Below are positions 27,544-42,700 of a DNA stretch of 64,000 bases, in pieces. The notes beneath the pieces are model-generated. The model was not told where the DNA came from and did no database searches. It saw only the letters and a list, made by a program, of their open reading frames with translations. The first letter of the stretch is position 1; each line of letters begins with the position of its first letter. Source of the stretch: Raillietiella orientalis (taxonomy: Eukaryota). The stretch spans positions 310,001 through 374,000 of the forward strand of contig JAYWIR010000061.1 in assembly GCA_036172245.1 (NCBI GenBank), in the 5' to 3' direction. Both the position numbers and the translations under genes were made by a program.

Positions 27544-30500
27544 TTAAAATCGAATCCTTGCTCCCCCGTTTCATGCTTTACATCCCGTGTGAGTAGGAAT
27601 CGGGAGCAGTTCCCTTTGGGTAAATGATTTCTGGTAAAGTTCCGAGCATGCTCATGGTTTCATCAGATTTTTGCCAGCTCGTTTTCGATGGTTGATAGGG
27701 CGAGTTGGCGGGCGTTGATGGAACGCGAGCTCAACTCTATTTCAAGGATGATCACATTCAAGGATGATGGTCTCGTTATTCTCTCGGCAGTTCGGAAACA
27801 AGAATCTTAGAGTCATCGATTCAAGCCCTTCTATGGACGAAGGAAAAGAGTACAGGGTGTGAACTTGAATGGATTCAGTGGTGAAAGAGATGTTAATTAA
27901 ACACTGTATCTTGTGAATTTCTAATGGCAGACTGGTGGTACCAAACCGCTTGAAAGATAACTTTGTCACGTTTCGAAGAATGGCACCAGATCGTCTCTGT
28001 GCGCCGTTGCTAGGCCTTTGAATAAGTTGGTTATCGGTTTTTTGTTTCCTAAAAGAAGGCTTCTTCTCCATAAATCAGAGTTGTTTTCTTTATGATCTGA
28101 AAGTGGTCCCATTGCATTTGAGAAAGCCGATGTTACGTTCTTACCCCGGTGGCTCAGTTCCGTTAGTACATCTGATAATTTAGAATCGGACGGTGTAGGA
28201 AATTGTCTAATAGTTGGAAGGACGCTACAAGTTTGGAGTCTATTAGATCGGTGAAACGTCAAGAAGGTACAGTTTGCAATTTTCGAAGTGAAAATTTTTG
28301 GAATTTCTAATTAAGATCCTCTTGTAGTTATTTGCAAGTGGATGTCATTTAATGCCATTTAATGCTGTGTGCGTGGGATTTTTTTGTGGGTTTTATAGCC
28401 TCGAAGGAGTTGCATGATAACTGTAGAGTCAAAAAGTTGATTTCCTTTTTATGCACAAGAGCCATTGGGGCATTTTTAAAAACACGTATTTTTATTGATG
28501 GTGAGAATAAAATGCATTGCTGGCAAACGATGTCGAGCAAAAGATATGCGTGTGCAAAAAAAAAAAAAAATGTGAGAATTTATTTCGCGTGTTTCCATGC
28601 AGGAGAGTTGTAAAGGGAACTTCATTCGGATTCACAGCCATCATCATAGAGGATGCGGTTTGAATTGATTCTGCAGGTGTGATTTATGCTCGGACATTGG
28701 TGATGTGGAGATTTTCCAGTCATCTCGTGCAGTCGAACGAATGTGTTGGACCGACATGCCCCCGGGGCCTGTGTTCTCCTCTGCTCCTGCTGTCGCATGG
28801 TTGTTTTTTTTTTTTCTTTTGGCATTCCACTTAATGGCGTCAGTTTGACATATTTATCGTCGGCCGAGTGCTTCTTTTGTTCGGGAGGGAGCGTTTCCCG
28901 CCGGTCCAGTGTAGCTGCTAGGTGGATGCTTGAAAACCTGCGAGGATCAGTGCGGCGTGAAGAAGTCTTTTGCCATGTGGAATTGGGTTGCACGTCCATT
29001 TTGTGAGAATCGCGCTCCCTGTTGCAAGGAATTCCTTCGGCCGGAATTCACGCCGATGTCGAGAGCGTAACCGGAGTTGCACAACAGCACAGAGGGTGAT
29101 CACTGTACCCCGGGCATAGCCAGTGATGCAGTTTCGCCATGTACATTTGAGCTCAAGGTACGTCGTGTGCTTCAATGCTTCGTGGAGCTGGATGTTCCGA
29201 GTGTCTTTTGCCCAATCCATGGGAAATGGATTCGGAAATCCCATGTTTTGCAGAAAGGTTGTCACGGTGAAGTTTCCGTAGATTGCGGGCTGCTGTGTGC
29301 TCAGTAGTTGGAGCAATGACAGCGATGAGCTTTGCTCTGTTCTCTCGCAGTCCACTTTTCGAGGTGTGACACAGTTGCAGTTTTGGGCCAAGGAGTGTAA
29401 GCAGTCATCAAGTAGTGGTCAGAACGCAACGAATCGTATTCCTTCGGTTCACCGTACGGTTAGCGTGATTTTAAGAGTTACCAACTGAGTGACGTGCACT
29501 TACGAAACTGTTGAAACCATGTTGGGCTCCCTGGCAGTCCGTCGAAAAGCTGTCTTTCGTGTTTTTTTTTTTTTTTTTCCTTCTTTTTCTTCTGTGCTGG
29601 AGCGTCTTGTCGAATAATGATTGTGCTCATTTATTCCTTTTTTGGAACTTGGACTTGAGTTCGTGACCGCGGTTTCAGCGATTGTGGAATCAGTAGAAAC
29701 TTTTTTGTATATTCCACGATTCTATTATTGAAGCGATCTGGTGTTTGAATGAAAACGTGTTTTCATCGTATTTTTTGGGGGGAATCAACAAGCGTGTTTC
29801 GACAGAGACCCATTGAACAACGTGTCCTCGTTCACATTATATTGAGTGAATCAGACTCGCAGTTGATCGATGAGCTGATGTGTCCGGAAAACCTTATCCA
29901 CGCCCCATGGTGTTGCAACAGGTGATGTGCTTCCGAGGAACAGGCAAAATCTCTTGTACGCTGGTACCTTCGGCATAAATCATCGTGGTAATTTTCGAAA
30001 TCCTGTATCTCGTTCCCAAATTCCGCGTGATGCTGGGAGAGTGATGCTTTGTTCAGGAACTCGTAACTCACGTCTCAGGTCCAACACGTGCGTTCGAGAT
30101 TTCACGTTTCTAGTCTTACATGCGCTGGATAAATGGAGATTCTAAGCAAGTAAATTCTAACGAGGACATGAATAAGAACTTGAAATAGTTTTTTTCAACG
30201 AAGAGTGACGTCAGTGTCTCTTTCCTTTGAGCGAAGATAGTCTTCAGGTATGCGGGATATTCATTTTCTCCGTATGGACTCAGAATTCCGATCCCGTGTT
30301 TGGGATTTGTATTGAGCATGAGATTCGCTACATTCGAAATGTTTCATTGCATCCACTACCTTATTTAGTGCATTTTGCTACCGGTTGCGGTTATCCTTCT
30401 TAAATAACAGTTCTTGTGTAGTTAGTCGACAATCCAGAAGCAGAATTCCCGTTGATGCCACACACGTTTTTTCTTTTCTCCGATTTCTTTCCCACATCTC

Positions 30501-33500
30501 GTAGTCATACGTTTAATAGACATTCGCAGCGGTCAGATGTTAATGTCCAGGTCACGCTAGGGTTCAAGCAGTTGTCCCGTGGCTGTGAAACGCAACTTTC
30601 CACTTCAGGGTTCGTTTCATGGAAGGAAGCTCTAATGTCAGAGCCTGCTTTCCGTAGACTCAAGCCGTGGAGGAAATTCTCGAAAAGGCAAGTGCCAATG
30701 CAGCAGTAGTCGCACATGGATTTGATTTGACTCCACCTTTGCTCCTCGAAGATGCTGTGCTTTGTTTCTAACGGATGGCGCCCTAGTTCTTTTTGTCTTG
30801 GAGTTTCACGTTTTTTTTTTTTTTTTTTTGCAACACCACCACTCATTGCCCTATATGCTGTCATCTGCAGCAAGGCTAGTTATTAACTGTTTTTCAGAGA
30901 AGCGCATACCAAGTAGCGGATCCAGCCATAATGTCAGTGAGTGAGCGTCCGATGTTGAAGTGAATATCAAAGTTGAAGGCAAGTTATAAAATTTTATCTT
31001 TGGGGGAGGGAGAAACAAAAAAAGCTGAGCCATACGGTGACTCAGTCTTTCGATGAATCCTTTTTTAGCGTTTGCTTTCTGCTACTTTCTTTCCTAAATC
31101 AACATCTTACGTACTATTATCGTTACATATGCATTTTATTATTGCATTTGTAATTATTAATTCACGAATTCTAGGGATAATATGAATTCTCTCGGATAAG
31201 TGGTGGTATTTTTGGTACACAGCACGCTCTTACCAGTACATATGCCATCATGTTTGTCTGGGTTTCTCCTGTTATCAAATGGGGCGGGGGTGAAAGGAAA
31301 ATACGGCCATTCCCGAAAGGACGTCTATGGACGTCGATTCTACGGCATCTAGGCAGACTTTTTCCCAAGGAACGGATGAAATGGACTGTAGTTTGTATTC
31401 CTTAGAGCCTTCGAATTTTCCCAAAGATGATTCAACAAGTGAAATTTAGATCTTCTGGTATTTATTAGACATTGACCTTCACGTTTGGCTTGGTGTAGAA
31501 TTCGATCGGGGTGGAATTTTATCGTTTCATTCCATCGTGTTTTCGTTATCGCGCGTTCTCATGCTTTGGGATGTTGGCTGTAGGCAGCACAGTGCTTCGT
31601 TTCCTCTCCATCTAGATATCTCACTGGAAACACCGCTCCCTTTACCTACTGATTTTGCATGCATGACTGTGTCGGTAGTTTTTTCCAGATAAACCCAGCA
31701 AACAGAGGATACTGCTTGTACAACAAGAACCTTTGCACTTGCTATCGGGAGTGCGTGTGCTCACGGATAAGGAAGCTTTCGTTCAAAACGGGTGCGACTT
31801 ACAGAAGTTCAAAGTGCTTGTGCATTCGGTTCCCGTGTCGTCATGGCACGCGTCGCCGTAACCCTTCGGGACGCCCACTTGGAACTCTCCAGTTGTCTCC
31901 GTGATGGCAGATTTCCAAAGTCTTGTTTCTCTTGACTTTTCTGTGCGTTTGCTGGAAGCCGTAGAGGCCGCGGATCACGTATCGGGATTCGGGAAAATAA
32001 ATCGCAAAATCTAAGGTGACGGTTCGTATGGTAACTTCCTACCCTTTTTAAGTGAGAAATTTGAACGAGGAAACCGAAAAACCCCGCCTGTGTTCCCCCC
32101 CTCCCCTTCCCCCAGTGCGTAAATGCATCGTACTGAGTGTAAATTAGTTTATCTGTAAATATGCCCATTCTGTAAGTGGTTGTTGATAGCGTGTCTCTCG
32201 CGTCTGAATGCATACAAACATTTCCCTGGAAACAACTACTTAGCATTTGTGTATTTTCTGTGCGTGTCTCATGGAGGCATGCCCGGTGTTCTCAAGTGCT
32301 TTGTATACGGAAACATGCATTTGTGCCTAAATTGCGAGACGCTGTCAAGTGCATAGAAGTGATGCTGCCGCCATTGGCTCACTTCCTTGAGAGCGATTTA
32401 TGTAAAGACTTCATGTGATCATGCATTTCAGATCGTTCTTCCTCTAACTCCAAGCACTATCTACCCACTTGGTATCTATCGGATTTAATGGTGTTCCGTG
32501 TGTTTTCTCAGTGTTTCAGTGGTTTCTCTGCCACTGTTGCTACTCAGCTCTTATCCACACAAAACGTGTAAATGTAATTGTGCTTTTTCAAAGACAAGTG
32601 TTACATGCTCACATTCCATTCTGTGCTTGCATATCATGTTTTGGGTGTTCCAAAAGCATCACTCACAGTTTTGAGCGTCAAACTGCGCGCGTCTCGCAGC
32701 AGCAGTGCTTTTTCGTTTCATTTTCGAACTCCCGTTTTCTTGATTTTGGACTTTGTAGTTCAAACATCTTGTCGGATAAAGAGTGTGTATCATTTTGGCT
32801 TATGCCGAATCGCCAACTGAACCAGGAGATTGATGGTTTCCGCGTGGTGGTGTTTCCCGGGTTACGTATTCGCATCTCTCTGTCGCTCAGGCGCTTAGTC
32901 ACTCGGCAGCGAGTCTTCTCGATTACAGCGCCGATTGAAATTTATTGCTGCGGAGGAGGATTACATTTCAGGGAAAGGTTTCCTAGAGATTTTCTCCACT
33001 TTATTGAGAAGAAAATCCAATACTCGTGAAGCCGGCGACATGTGCGATCAAGCATAGCTGAACACACGTGTCCATTTTTCGGGATCTTCTCCATTGGCGT
33101 AATTAACGAAGGCTTTGCTTTGACGCATAGCCGTCCTCCACCCATCCTTCTCTGTGTTTCCGTTACAGTGTAGAGGTGCATTTTGATCTGCAGTTGATAT
33201 GAAGTGTTTTTGAAATTTCTGGTCTTTAACACGTCTAGGAAGGCTTTCCTTTTTCTAGCTCGGAGCCCCCTGCAGTTTGACGTGCGGGTATAATCAGTGA
33301 ATTCTCAATTACTTGAATAAAGCACGCTGCTTACTTAATTGCAGGGATGTTTTCCTCGTGTAGCTACCATCTGTGAACTGCTGGAAACCCTCCTCTTGCT
33401 GTGCTGCATGCATTGGCCGTTTCGATTGCTTCCTGGTAGCACGTTGTATCCTTTCCTGTACACACAATACAGTCGAGCAGTGCTCGGAAATTATGCAGCG

Positions 33501-36500
33501 TTTAACCTATACAATAAGTTGTGCACGTGTGCAGTGGTGTTTTGCAACCGATCGTCACTTTTGTGACACGAGCCCTACTTTACGGGTTCTTGCTTCCCAT
33601 ATGCGGAACCTATTATCCAGCTGACATGCATTGTAATTCACATTTTCCGAATACATACGACGGAATTATCCTGGCGTGTTGTTATTATCTTAGTACGAGG
33701 CTTTCTTTCAGCCATTCAGCGATGGAAAACTCCGAAATTGCCTAGCCGGTCATCTCCAGGATTTTTTTTTCTTTCTCTTTCTATTACGAAGCCGTTATTG
33801 ATTGTTCCTTTATCCTGATGACACGTTAACTGCGTTTTTGGTCGGCAAATTATGGTTTGGGCAATGAGATGAGGTCGGTGCACAGCATCTTCGCGTTTTT
33901 TATTGCACAATCATGTTTCTTACCGTCTCTGGCTCCACGCAGCAAGTACTGTGATGTATGTGATCGGGGAGGTAATCGAAATTCAAATTCCGGTGCTGCT
34001 GCTGGAGACTCCCTTAGAGAATCGCTTATCGTGGAGTGGCATCGTTTTGGATCGTGATCGTCTCTTTTGTTTGCAAATTTTGTTTCTTTTGAGAACCTGG
34101 TCCAAGCCCAAACAGTTCACATGGATGAACCCGTTCAGCAGTCTGTTTATGTTTTCGTGTGTTATTTCGCTCCTGTACCATTTTGTGTGAATCACCAGCA
34201 AGGATTCTGTTCCCCTCACTGCTGAGTAAGAGACAAGAGTTACTCCTCTATGTCTTCCGATTTCCCTTGCTGAAACCGGTTCTTTCGAGCAAGGAGCTGG
34301 CCTTTAAGAGAAGAGCATCTCCCTCAGCTTCATTGCGGTGTGCCTATTGATTTCGGAAAGATGTCTCCTCCCCCTCTTCGTTAACGATCCCGGACGGTTT
34401 TCTGATCTTCAGCCTATCATCCGAATTCTCGGTCCGATCCGATTTGTCGCTTGATTTGGATTCCTTCAAGCATGGATTATCTCAATTATCTACCGAAAAT
34501 TCTCAGTGTATAATTTTATCAAGGTTTGCATCAAGTGTTTCAGTTGTGGGAAGAAAGGAGAAGGAAAGAAATAAAAGCAAGCGTGCTGCATGCATGCATG
34601 TGCGTTTCCTTCATTAATGATGGTGGAATCTTGGCAGTATTCGTTTACCAACGTAGATTTCCTTTTTTCCCTCTCCGTCTTCTTCCAAAAGATTTCTATT
34701 CTTTCTTGGATCAGATTTAATTTCGCTTTCATTTCCTTGTTTCCTTACCCTATCGCCATGGAGACGCACCGCAGCCGTGTCGACCCGTTTGTCAAGCCCA
34801 AGAAATTTCCGTCCTAGGCGTAAAGTGTTTTAGTCGAAACTTTCTGACCACAGTTTCCAGCTTCCTTCGATGCACGCCGTGACTTCAATCCGTTCACTCT
34901 GGAATTCGTTCAAGAAACCAAACTGTTTTCACTAGACGCTTTCACATCTTTTTTGGATTCCTCTTGTAACCCAAACTGCAGTTGTGTGTGCTGACGGTAG
35001 AGATGTACAGATCTGGGCAGAGAGGTGTACTTGGTGACGTCCATCGGGTCGAAAGTCCTTTGAACGGTTCCTGCTTTCCGTTTGTAAGTTTTTTCGGTTT
35101 TCCGCGTCCGATGAATTTTACACGGAAAACGAGCTGGTATGGATAAGATCAAGTGTGTGGCCGTGATGTGTACCAACTTATATGCAAATAAATTAAGCTC
35201 AGCATTACTTTGCAGTTCGCATGACGAAAACACATTATTAATAGAATTTATTATTTCCTTGCATATCAGGTATTCGCGTCTGATGGATGAGTAACGTAAT
35301 TCTTCATAGCTTTCGGGACAAATTGGTAATGAATGATTGGGGTATGGTAATGATTCACGATTCACTCATCACTTCAGAATTACCATCTTAATTCCCATAT
35401 GGCAGTTACATGTCGCGTTACGAAAATAAGATCTAGTAAGTTTCAAAAATGTGACTGCAGCGTCCGTGCAGTGTTTATGAGAATTACGAGAAGTAACATT
35501 ATTTCGTATTTCGCTGTATTTGTTCAAGTGAAGACAGCTTCCGTACCGGAGCAGGAAACTACTGTGGAAGCTGCCTTTACTCTTTTTTTTTCCCTTTCTT
35601 TTCAATTCCTTTAGGCCGTTCCACTGCTGGTTGCCATGGTGCTCACGTAGGAAAGTGCGGATTTTAACCGTGCGGACCGAACGCAGCTATCTTCGTTGTC
35701 ATCCGTGCCTTCATATTATCCCTTTTTTGAAGTTTGTTCTTCCCGGAAACAACAGATGTACGAAAACATGGCTATCACTACGTATTCAATCTGATAACGG
35801 AATGGATGCACAGTGTGTTTGTCCAGTGTCCAGCTAGCAACAGTCTTTGTGCAATGGTTTAGTAGATCCGGGCTTGTGTACATTCTGTTGCTCGGCTTTC
35901 GCGATTTTTTATTTTTCTCACTGATTTCTTATACGTGTGTGTAATTGTACTTATTTGTTGAAGTTCGAACCCGTAAAGGCGCATTCAGGAAATGAAGGGT
36001 TACCAAATGTAAATTTATCATGTCCGTTGCATTTGTCCGTGTCTGTTGAAGCCTATTTTTGTGCGCGGCTCAGTTCATTTCATTTCATTTTTTTCCTTCT
36101 CCTCCTGTCTGGTAAAGCCACAGTTTTCTCTTGCAAATGGTTGCCTTCGCAGGAACTTGTCGGATTTATTCTTAGAATTCACATCCGTGGAAATGATCTT
36201 ATGTAAGTGATCTTGCGCCCTCATCTCTCAGTTGCAGAATGAATGATTTGTTCTCACGTTGCATTTTTCTTCTAAGGTGATTATGTGAATATGTTCTTTT
36301 TATTGCTGCAAACTGACGACGTCCTCGTTATTTGTTTGTTTCTTACATGATTGATACTCTTCATCTATAAGAATGCGGAAGTGGTCTAGTTTGACTGCAG
36401 TCACCGCGGCCACTAATGAAATCTGGTGCGGATTCAGCAAGCTTGTATGTATACATCGAGTTGTGTATCGTTTTCTCGCACCTTCCTGCCTTACTGTGAA

Positions 36501-36726
36501 TTTGTTTCCTGTGATTGTTCTGCTCTGTTGGTCCAGCAAGCAGCATTCCTGCACACATCATGCATGGAAATACTTGGCTACTTTTTTTTTTTTTTTTTGC
36601 TATCCTAGCGATTTGTGGCATTCCTGTTTTTTTTTTTTTTTTTTTCATTGCTATTTTAATAATGATTTCTTTGTCTGCAATTTTCAAGCATCGCATGTAT
36701 TCACATTATCACCTATCATTATTCAG

Positions 36727-39700
36727 ACAAGAAAGAGTTCCGTGCAACTGATGAAGCTTCCAGTCATGAAGAGAAGTGATGACGTCCAATTCGTACTCAG
36801 AGGCTGGTTGTACAAGCAAGGCAGCGAAGGCTTAATGCTGTGGAAGAAACGGTGGTTCGTCCTTTCGGAATATTGCCTCTTCTATTATCGAGGTGAGGGA
36901 GCCTCTTTCTCTGATGTGTGTACAGTGAGTACGTAAGATATGCCCCCGTCCACTAAAAGGTCACAGAGAATTCGGGCTCACGACAGCAGGTGGTCAGGTG
37001 TAAATTGATTGCGCGAGTCGACTTTCCAGCATAATGAAGTAGAAGGAAACGTTGGCAGTGTGATCCGAAAGTATTTGCATTATTAATCTCATCATCGGAG
37101 ATGCGCCCTTGGAAATCAGTTGCCGTAATCCCTGGATGTTTTCAACCATGCAGCTTTGATCTGGAGAGGCGGGCGTGAAATCTATAATTCGGTTTGAATT
37201 GCGAAACATTGGTAACGGTTGGAAATCCAAACTGCATACTTTGTTTTTCATGTTCATTAAAATCGAAATCATCTCAGCATTGTGATCTTGTGTGCTTCTC
37301 AGTTACTTCCGTTCTGTTCAGTCTTTTTTTTTTCTTCCTTTTTTTTTTTTTTTTTAATCATTTTACGAGTGTCTGGAAGTCGTGGTCACATTGCCACATG
37401 GACTACACAGTCTGGCCACACGTTGTAATTTGTTTGAGTAGAGTTTCTCTCTAATGCATGCAATTTTGCCTCACTCAGTCTTTTAGGGATTTGCATTCTC
37501 TTTTCAAAATTATCTTACTGACACTGCTGAAGGTAATGTGGGTGTCGAGGAAATCATCAGTGGTTCTTTAGTAGTTAAATTGCTTGAGCAGATTGATGCT
37601 CGGAAATAACTTGTATGCATGTGTGTTTTTTTTTAATTCCAAGATTTTTGCTTCGTGAATAAGTCTGTTCAACCATACGGTGGTGAGAATGTCCCAATGA
37701 ATCACGGCATGCTTCCATTCCATTTTGACGTCTTCCCGGTCCGTCTTCCCAACGTCTCTGTTACGGAATTGTTATCGGTCATTCGTATGCATGTGGTACT
37801 CATCATGGCTCATCCGATTCTGTGGGGAAAAGCTCTTTTTCCTTTTTTCTTCGCAGTATCTTTTTTCGGCGGCTTATTCCTTCACCCTAAGAGTTTCTGG
37901 AGGCACTTTCGTTCTTTAATGGCACAACGGTACAATACAGCGTACTTTTGGAAATTTCATTCTCAGGACCATGCAAACTACCAAGAAACAGAAAACAGCT
38001 GCTTCTAAGAGATTTTTGCTATCGAGTTACGACAGATAGGCGCTGAGTATCGCGTGCTCCACCTTTCTTCCCTTTCGTCATTCGTAGCGTACGTTTTAAG
38101 CGTTGCTTCTGTCAGAGTACTTCTCCAGTGGCATTCGAGGTGGTCTTTTTTCGAGGGATCTGTTTCGCATTGCATTGACTACATGGACTTCTCGTACCTT
38201 ATCGCATGGCAAAGTCCTTTTGTTCTCTTTCGGGGAAGAATGTGCCTTGGAATGTCGAAAGCCTGCTGAAAAATGAAAAGAAAACATTTAGGGATTCGAA
38301 GCTGGTATCAAACAAATCCTTCGAGGATAATGATTCTGTTACCCCTGGGTCTCCTGTGTTTTTACTCTCTTCGAACCGATCTCCCCCTCCCCCTAAAGCG
38401 GTTAGATTATAAAGCTTACCATAATATCGTCAATATCAGAGGTCATCGGATATATTTTTCCCCCAAACCCGACTTGAGTGACTTCGTACTTTTAACGCCT
38501 GCATTAAAAGTACGCAAATAAACCAACTGCAGATATAGCATTCAATTCGGAAGCGTACTCATACATGTAAGAGTGTTAGACTTAAAAGCATTCCATAAGT
38601 CGACGTCTGAATCCGCCATCGTGAGGAAATCCATCCATCGAAGTTTCCGCATGGAAAATCGGTTTGAATGGTAATCTCGAGTGCTCCTATTCGAGCGAAA
38701 AATTCTTTGAGCGCTTACTGACTGCAGATTTTTGCATGATGTGTTTTGCATTGCATGATGTTTTTGTCTCTCCCGTCAAGCTAATCCCTTGCTAAAAATG
38801 CGTGCACTCTGTTGTAAGGTCCTGAGGAAGAGAAAGTCCTGGGATACATTTTGTTGCCCTCTTACAAAGCCACTGCCTGCAGCATCAGCGAGAAACCTTA
38901 CCGTAAATTCGGTTTTAAGTTGGAGCATGCAAACATGCGGACGTATTACTTGGCAGCAGAATCAAATGATGCAGTGGCCACTTGGATCCGTGCCTTGAAT
39001 CTGGCCAGTGACATGAAGATTCATGAGAATGGGTGAATACACATTTCTTTATTCATTTCCAGCTGAAAATTCCTGCGTGTTTCATCAGGTACTAAGTCTC
39101 TTAGTATACAGTGCCTTTTGACAAGTATTCATTTTGAAATGATTAAAGTGCTACCAGTTTTGTTGCTTATTCGGTACATTGACCAGGTATTATGTATTGC
39201 TGAATGTTCATTGCTCATCAGTCAGTGTATATGCGTCAGTTGAGTTCGGTGCATACATTTTTGTAGATTCTTCCTGTTTCTCTTCCCGTTAATTTAGTGT
39301 GCTTGAAGTATTCGTGGATAAATAATAAACAGAGTTGAATAAATAGCAGAATTTTTCATGTCGCGTGAAGCACTGCGTTGTATTTGATCGGGCTTTTGCA
39401 ACGCATTCCTTGGAATCAGTTGTTAATTGAGATTTACTTTGCACGCAAATTTTGTTCTCATCCCGTTAGATTGCCATCAGATCAGTCTGATCCTGTTTCG
39501 GCCAACAAATTGGAATTCCAGAATGATCGTCGGGGCAACTGTTTTGGGAAAACAGGGGTTTCGGAACTTCGCCTTTCACAGCAGCCTGCTTACGCCAACG
39601 CTCCTCCGAAACCAAGAAGATTAAATGTAAATCGCCACAGTCGCCTGTCTCCCGATCACCAGTATCCAGTGCAGCAGCTGAATCCCGTATCTCAGACGTA

Positions 39701-42700
39701 TGCAAATTATCTACAATACACTGATCAACGGACTCCCGAGAAATATTGCCGACGACCCGAACTGTTCCAACCCCAGTGTGAAAGCGCGCACAGTTGCATC
39801 GGCATCCCCGATGTCTACTCATTGAATCAATCAGTAGTGACAGGAAGCGGCGCTGGTTCCCTTTCATCTCGTCCGCAAAGCACCGAATTTTTGATCCCGG
39901 CTCAACTGAGAATGCAAACGCAGGAATCGCGACTAAGTGACGGTTCATATCAAAACGTTCCCAAGACATCCGAGAGCATCGGCCGATCAAGAGAAACCTC
40001 TCTGTTTCCAACGAAAGATAGGTCGAATACTCCCATCGTCCAAGAACGTGTGAAATTTGACGATCAGTTCGATGTCTCGACTCCCGGATACAACCAGTAT
40101 AGCTCTCACAGCGATAAAGACTTTTCTTCTGGAAGTTTCCAGAGATCACTGAGCGCCAGGCTAGCTCGGCAGAAGTTCGAAGACAGTGCAATCCATAACG
40201 CTTCGTTTCCCGAGGAGGCTCTGGTTCTGCAACGCAACAGGAAGATTCAGCAGGTACTGACTGATGAGTTACGCTGCTTGCCGCCGTGTGACGTACGCAC
40301 GGTGCCCCATTGCGCCTACAATTTCACTCGTTCACTATGAACCGGTTTAGATCGTATTTTCATATCGAATTGAAATGGAAGTCCATGTGCTGATTTGATT
40401 CGAGACCGCTACGTTTGGTGATTTCAAAGTAAAGAGATGCATGTGCAGCTTTCTTATTCTGCACCACAAAATGCGCCTGAATGGTGAATGACGGTGCGAG
40501 CACTGGCTTCTTGCACACGTAACGCTCTTTTAGTAGTCTGTTTTAAACGAATGAGATGACGTGTAATATTAGTGTGACTGTTTCACTTATCTTTCCACGC
40601 AGCAAATATTTTGGAAAGAATTCGAAACTTACGTGAGTATTTCTGGCGTTTCCCTCATCGCGTTCTTACGGAAGTTCTTCACGCTGTTGTATCTTTTAGA
40701 GAGAGGAGTCTATGAAGAGGCTGCTGGAATGGAAGCAGCGAATGTTGCAGTCTCCTCTAAACCCGAAAACGTCCTCACGAAATAGTCGATGTACGTCATT
40801 GCCGACAGCTCATCAGAGTATACGTGTTTCAGAGTGTCCTGATGATGGTAGTGTCTTTGGAAACGACTCTAAAGATGTTTCCAGAAGGGTTGAGGGTGAT
40901 GATAGCATACGTGACAAACCGTATAAAACGGAAGGCATCAACGGTATCTATACATTTTCTAATTGCTTTGCAACAGACATGAGGTATTTTGCATCTAACA
41001 AGAGATGGGTTGCAGCAACTGCATGCTTGCTTTACTAACCGGTGCTGGAATTCTTCTGCCTGTGTTTGCTTTCCATTTCTTTCTGTATTCTTCGGAGGAA
41101 AAAAAAAGAAAGAAAGAAAAAAAAAAAGAAAACGCTTAGCACCTTAGTAACCGGGAACATTATTCGGATGCCTGTCATGTAGCAAGCTGACGAACGTCAG
41201 TGTAAAGATCCTTTCGTAGATGTGACCGAGACGGGAAGAAGGACATCCATCCATGATTACGTCAATCTGAAGGGGTTGCTATCGGAATCTCTTGCAAGGC
41301 CATTCGAAAGACCTAGCGATTTGTCCCTCACCATTGGCCCAGGCCCTGGTTACTCTGAAGTGAGCATCTCTTCTGGACACACGGGCAAGCGCACCCTGAA
41401 AAGCTGGGAAGGCACGGAATCGCTCAACAGTGCTAGCGAAGTGATGTGGTCCAGAGAGGAAGCTCAGGCTTCGTCGGAACTGCAAGATCACGATGCTTGG
41501 CAATGTGCTGTCGATGACTTTCAAGAATCCGACGACCGGATGCCCGACTTCTCGTTGAAGGAGACGATCGAGTCACTGGAAAGAGGCAGTGGCGACGGGT
41601 GGTGCTGCGGAGGAAGCGACATCCGCACAGACTTCCGGGGTGGCTCTTGCGAAGAAGCGGGTTTGGCGGTGCGGGGCTGCCCGTTGCCCGGGGAGTCTGC
41701 TGCCGCCAAGGACGGTGCGCACCACCAGCAGCAGCATTCCTCCTTTGCGGCAGACTCCGGACTAGCCCAGTTGTCTGTTCGCAGACTGACGCACAGTTTC
41801 GAGAAGTTGCTGGGCAACGAGTGCTCGCATTTCCTGCGAGCTGGGGAGAACGGACTCCCCGGGCCTGGTGCAGCGATGACCGGGACCTCCGGCGAGGACG
41901 GGGGGTGCACGGCGTATTCGAGCGAGTGCCACTACCTCCCCATGCTGTCGCAGTCGCCGCCGGACGCGAACGCACCCATCTGGGAAAGGAGCGACGTCTG
42001 GACGTCGGAGGACAGCGCTTACGTCGAAATGAATGACAAGAAGCAAGAAGACGACGAGAGAGCCCTTCTCCCGCCTCCTCTGCGAAGCGCCGGAGGCTCC
42101 CATCCCCACCCACACTCGGAAAGTCCAGGGTACTGCGAGATTTCGGAAGAGGACGTACGCGACGTCGGGACCAGGGAAAGGGAACCCATCTATAACGAGA
42201 TCACGCAGCAGCAACTCAAGAACAGAGAGACGCGCACTGGAGGTTCCCAGCACGCCCTCCCCAGGGGTTTCCGCCCCGATGACCTGCTACAGTCGTCGTC
42301 AGGAGGGGACGAGTCCCCCCCACTGGACCTCGGGGAAGAGACCATCAAGGACCCCGATCAGACGGGTGGGCGCCTCTGCGACTACTTGTCGAACACCTTC
42401 CGCCCAGCCTCCTATTACTTGAGAAGCCTCCGAGAGTCCACGGAGCCCGAGGTCGCATCTCCCCCCCCCTTTGCGATGGTGAACGCCCCTCCCTCAGCGG
42501 AGGTCGAACAGAACGACGCCACCGACGGGAAGAGGAACCTCTCCTCCTCCGTCGCGGATGCCCTCGGCAAGGACCGCACCCGAAGAAACCTAGACTGCTG
42601 CGTCCTGGCGGCGGCTAGCTTCCAGAAGGACGCGGGATTGGAGTCCCCTCTCTCCTTCCGGTATGACCCGTCCGATTGCGAGCCCATTCGCAGGAAAGGG

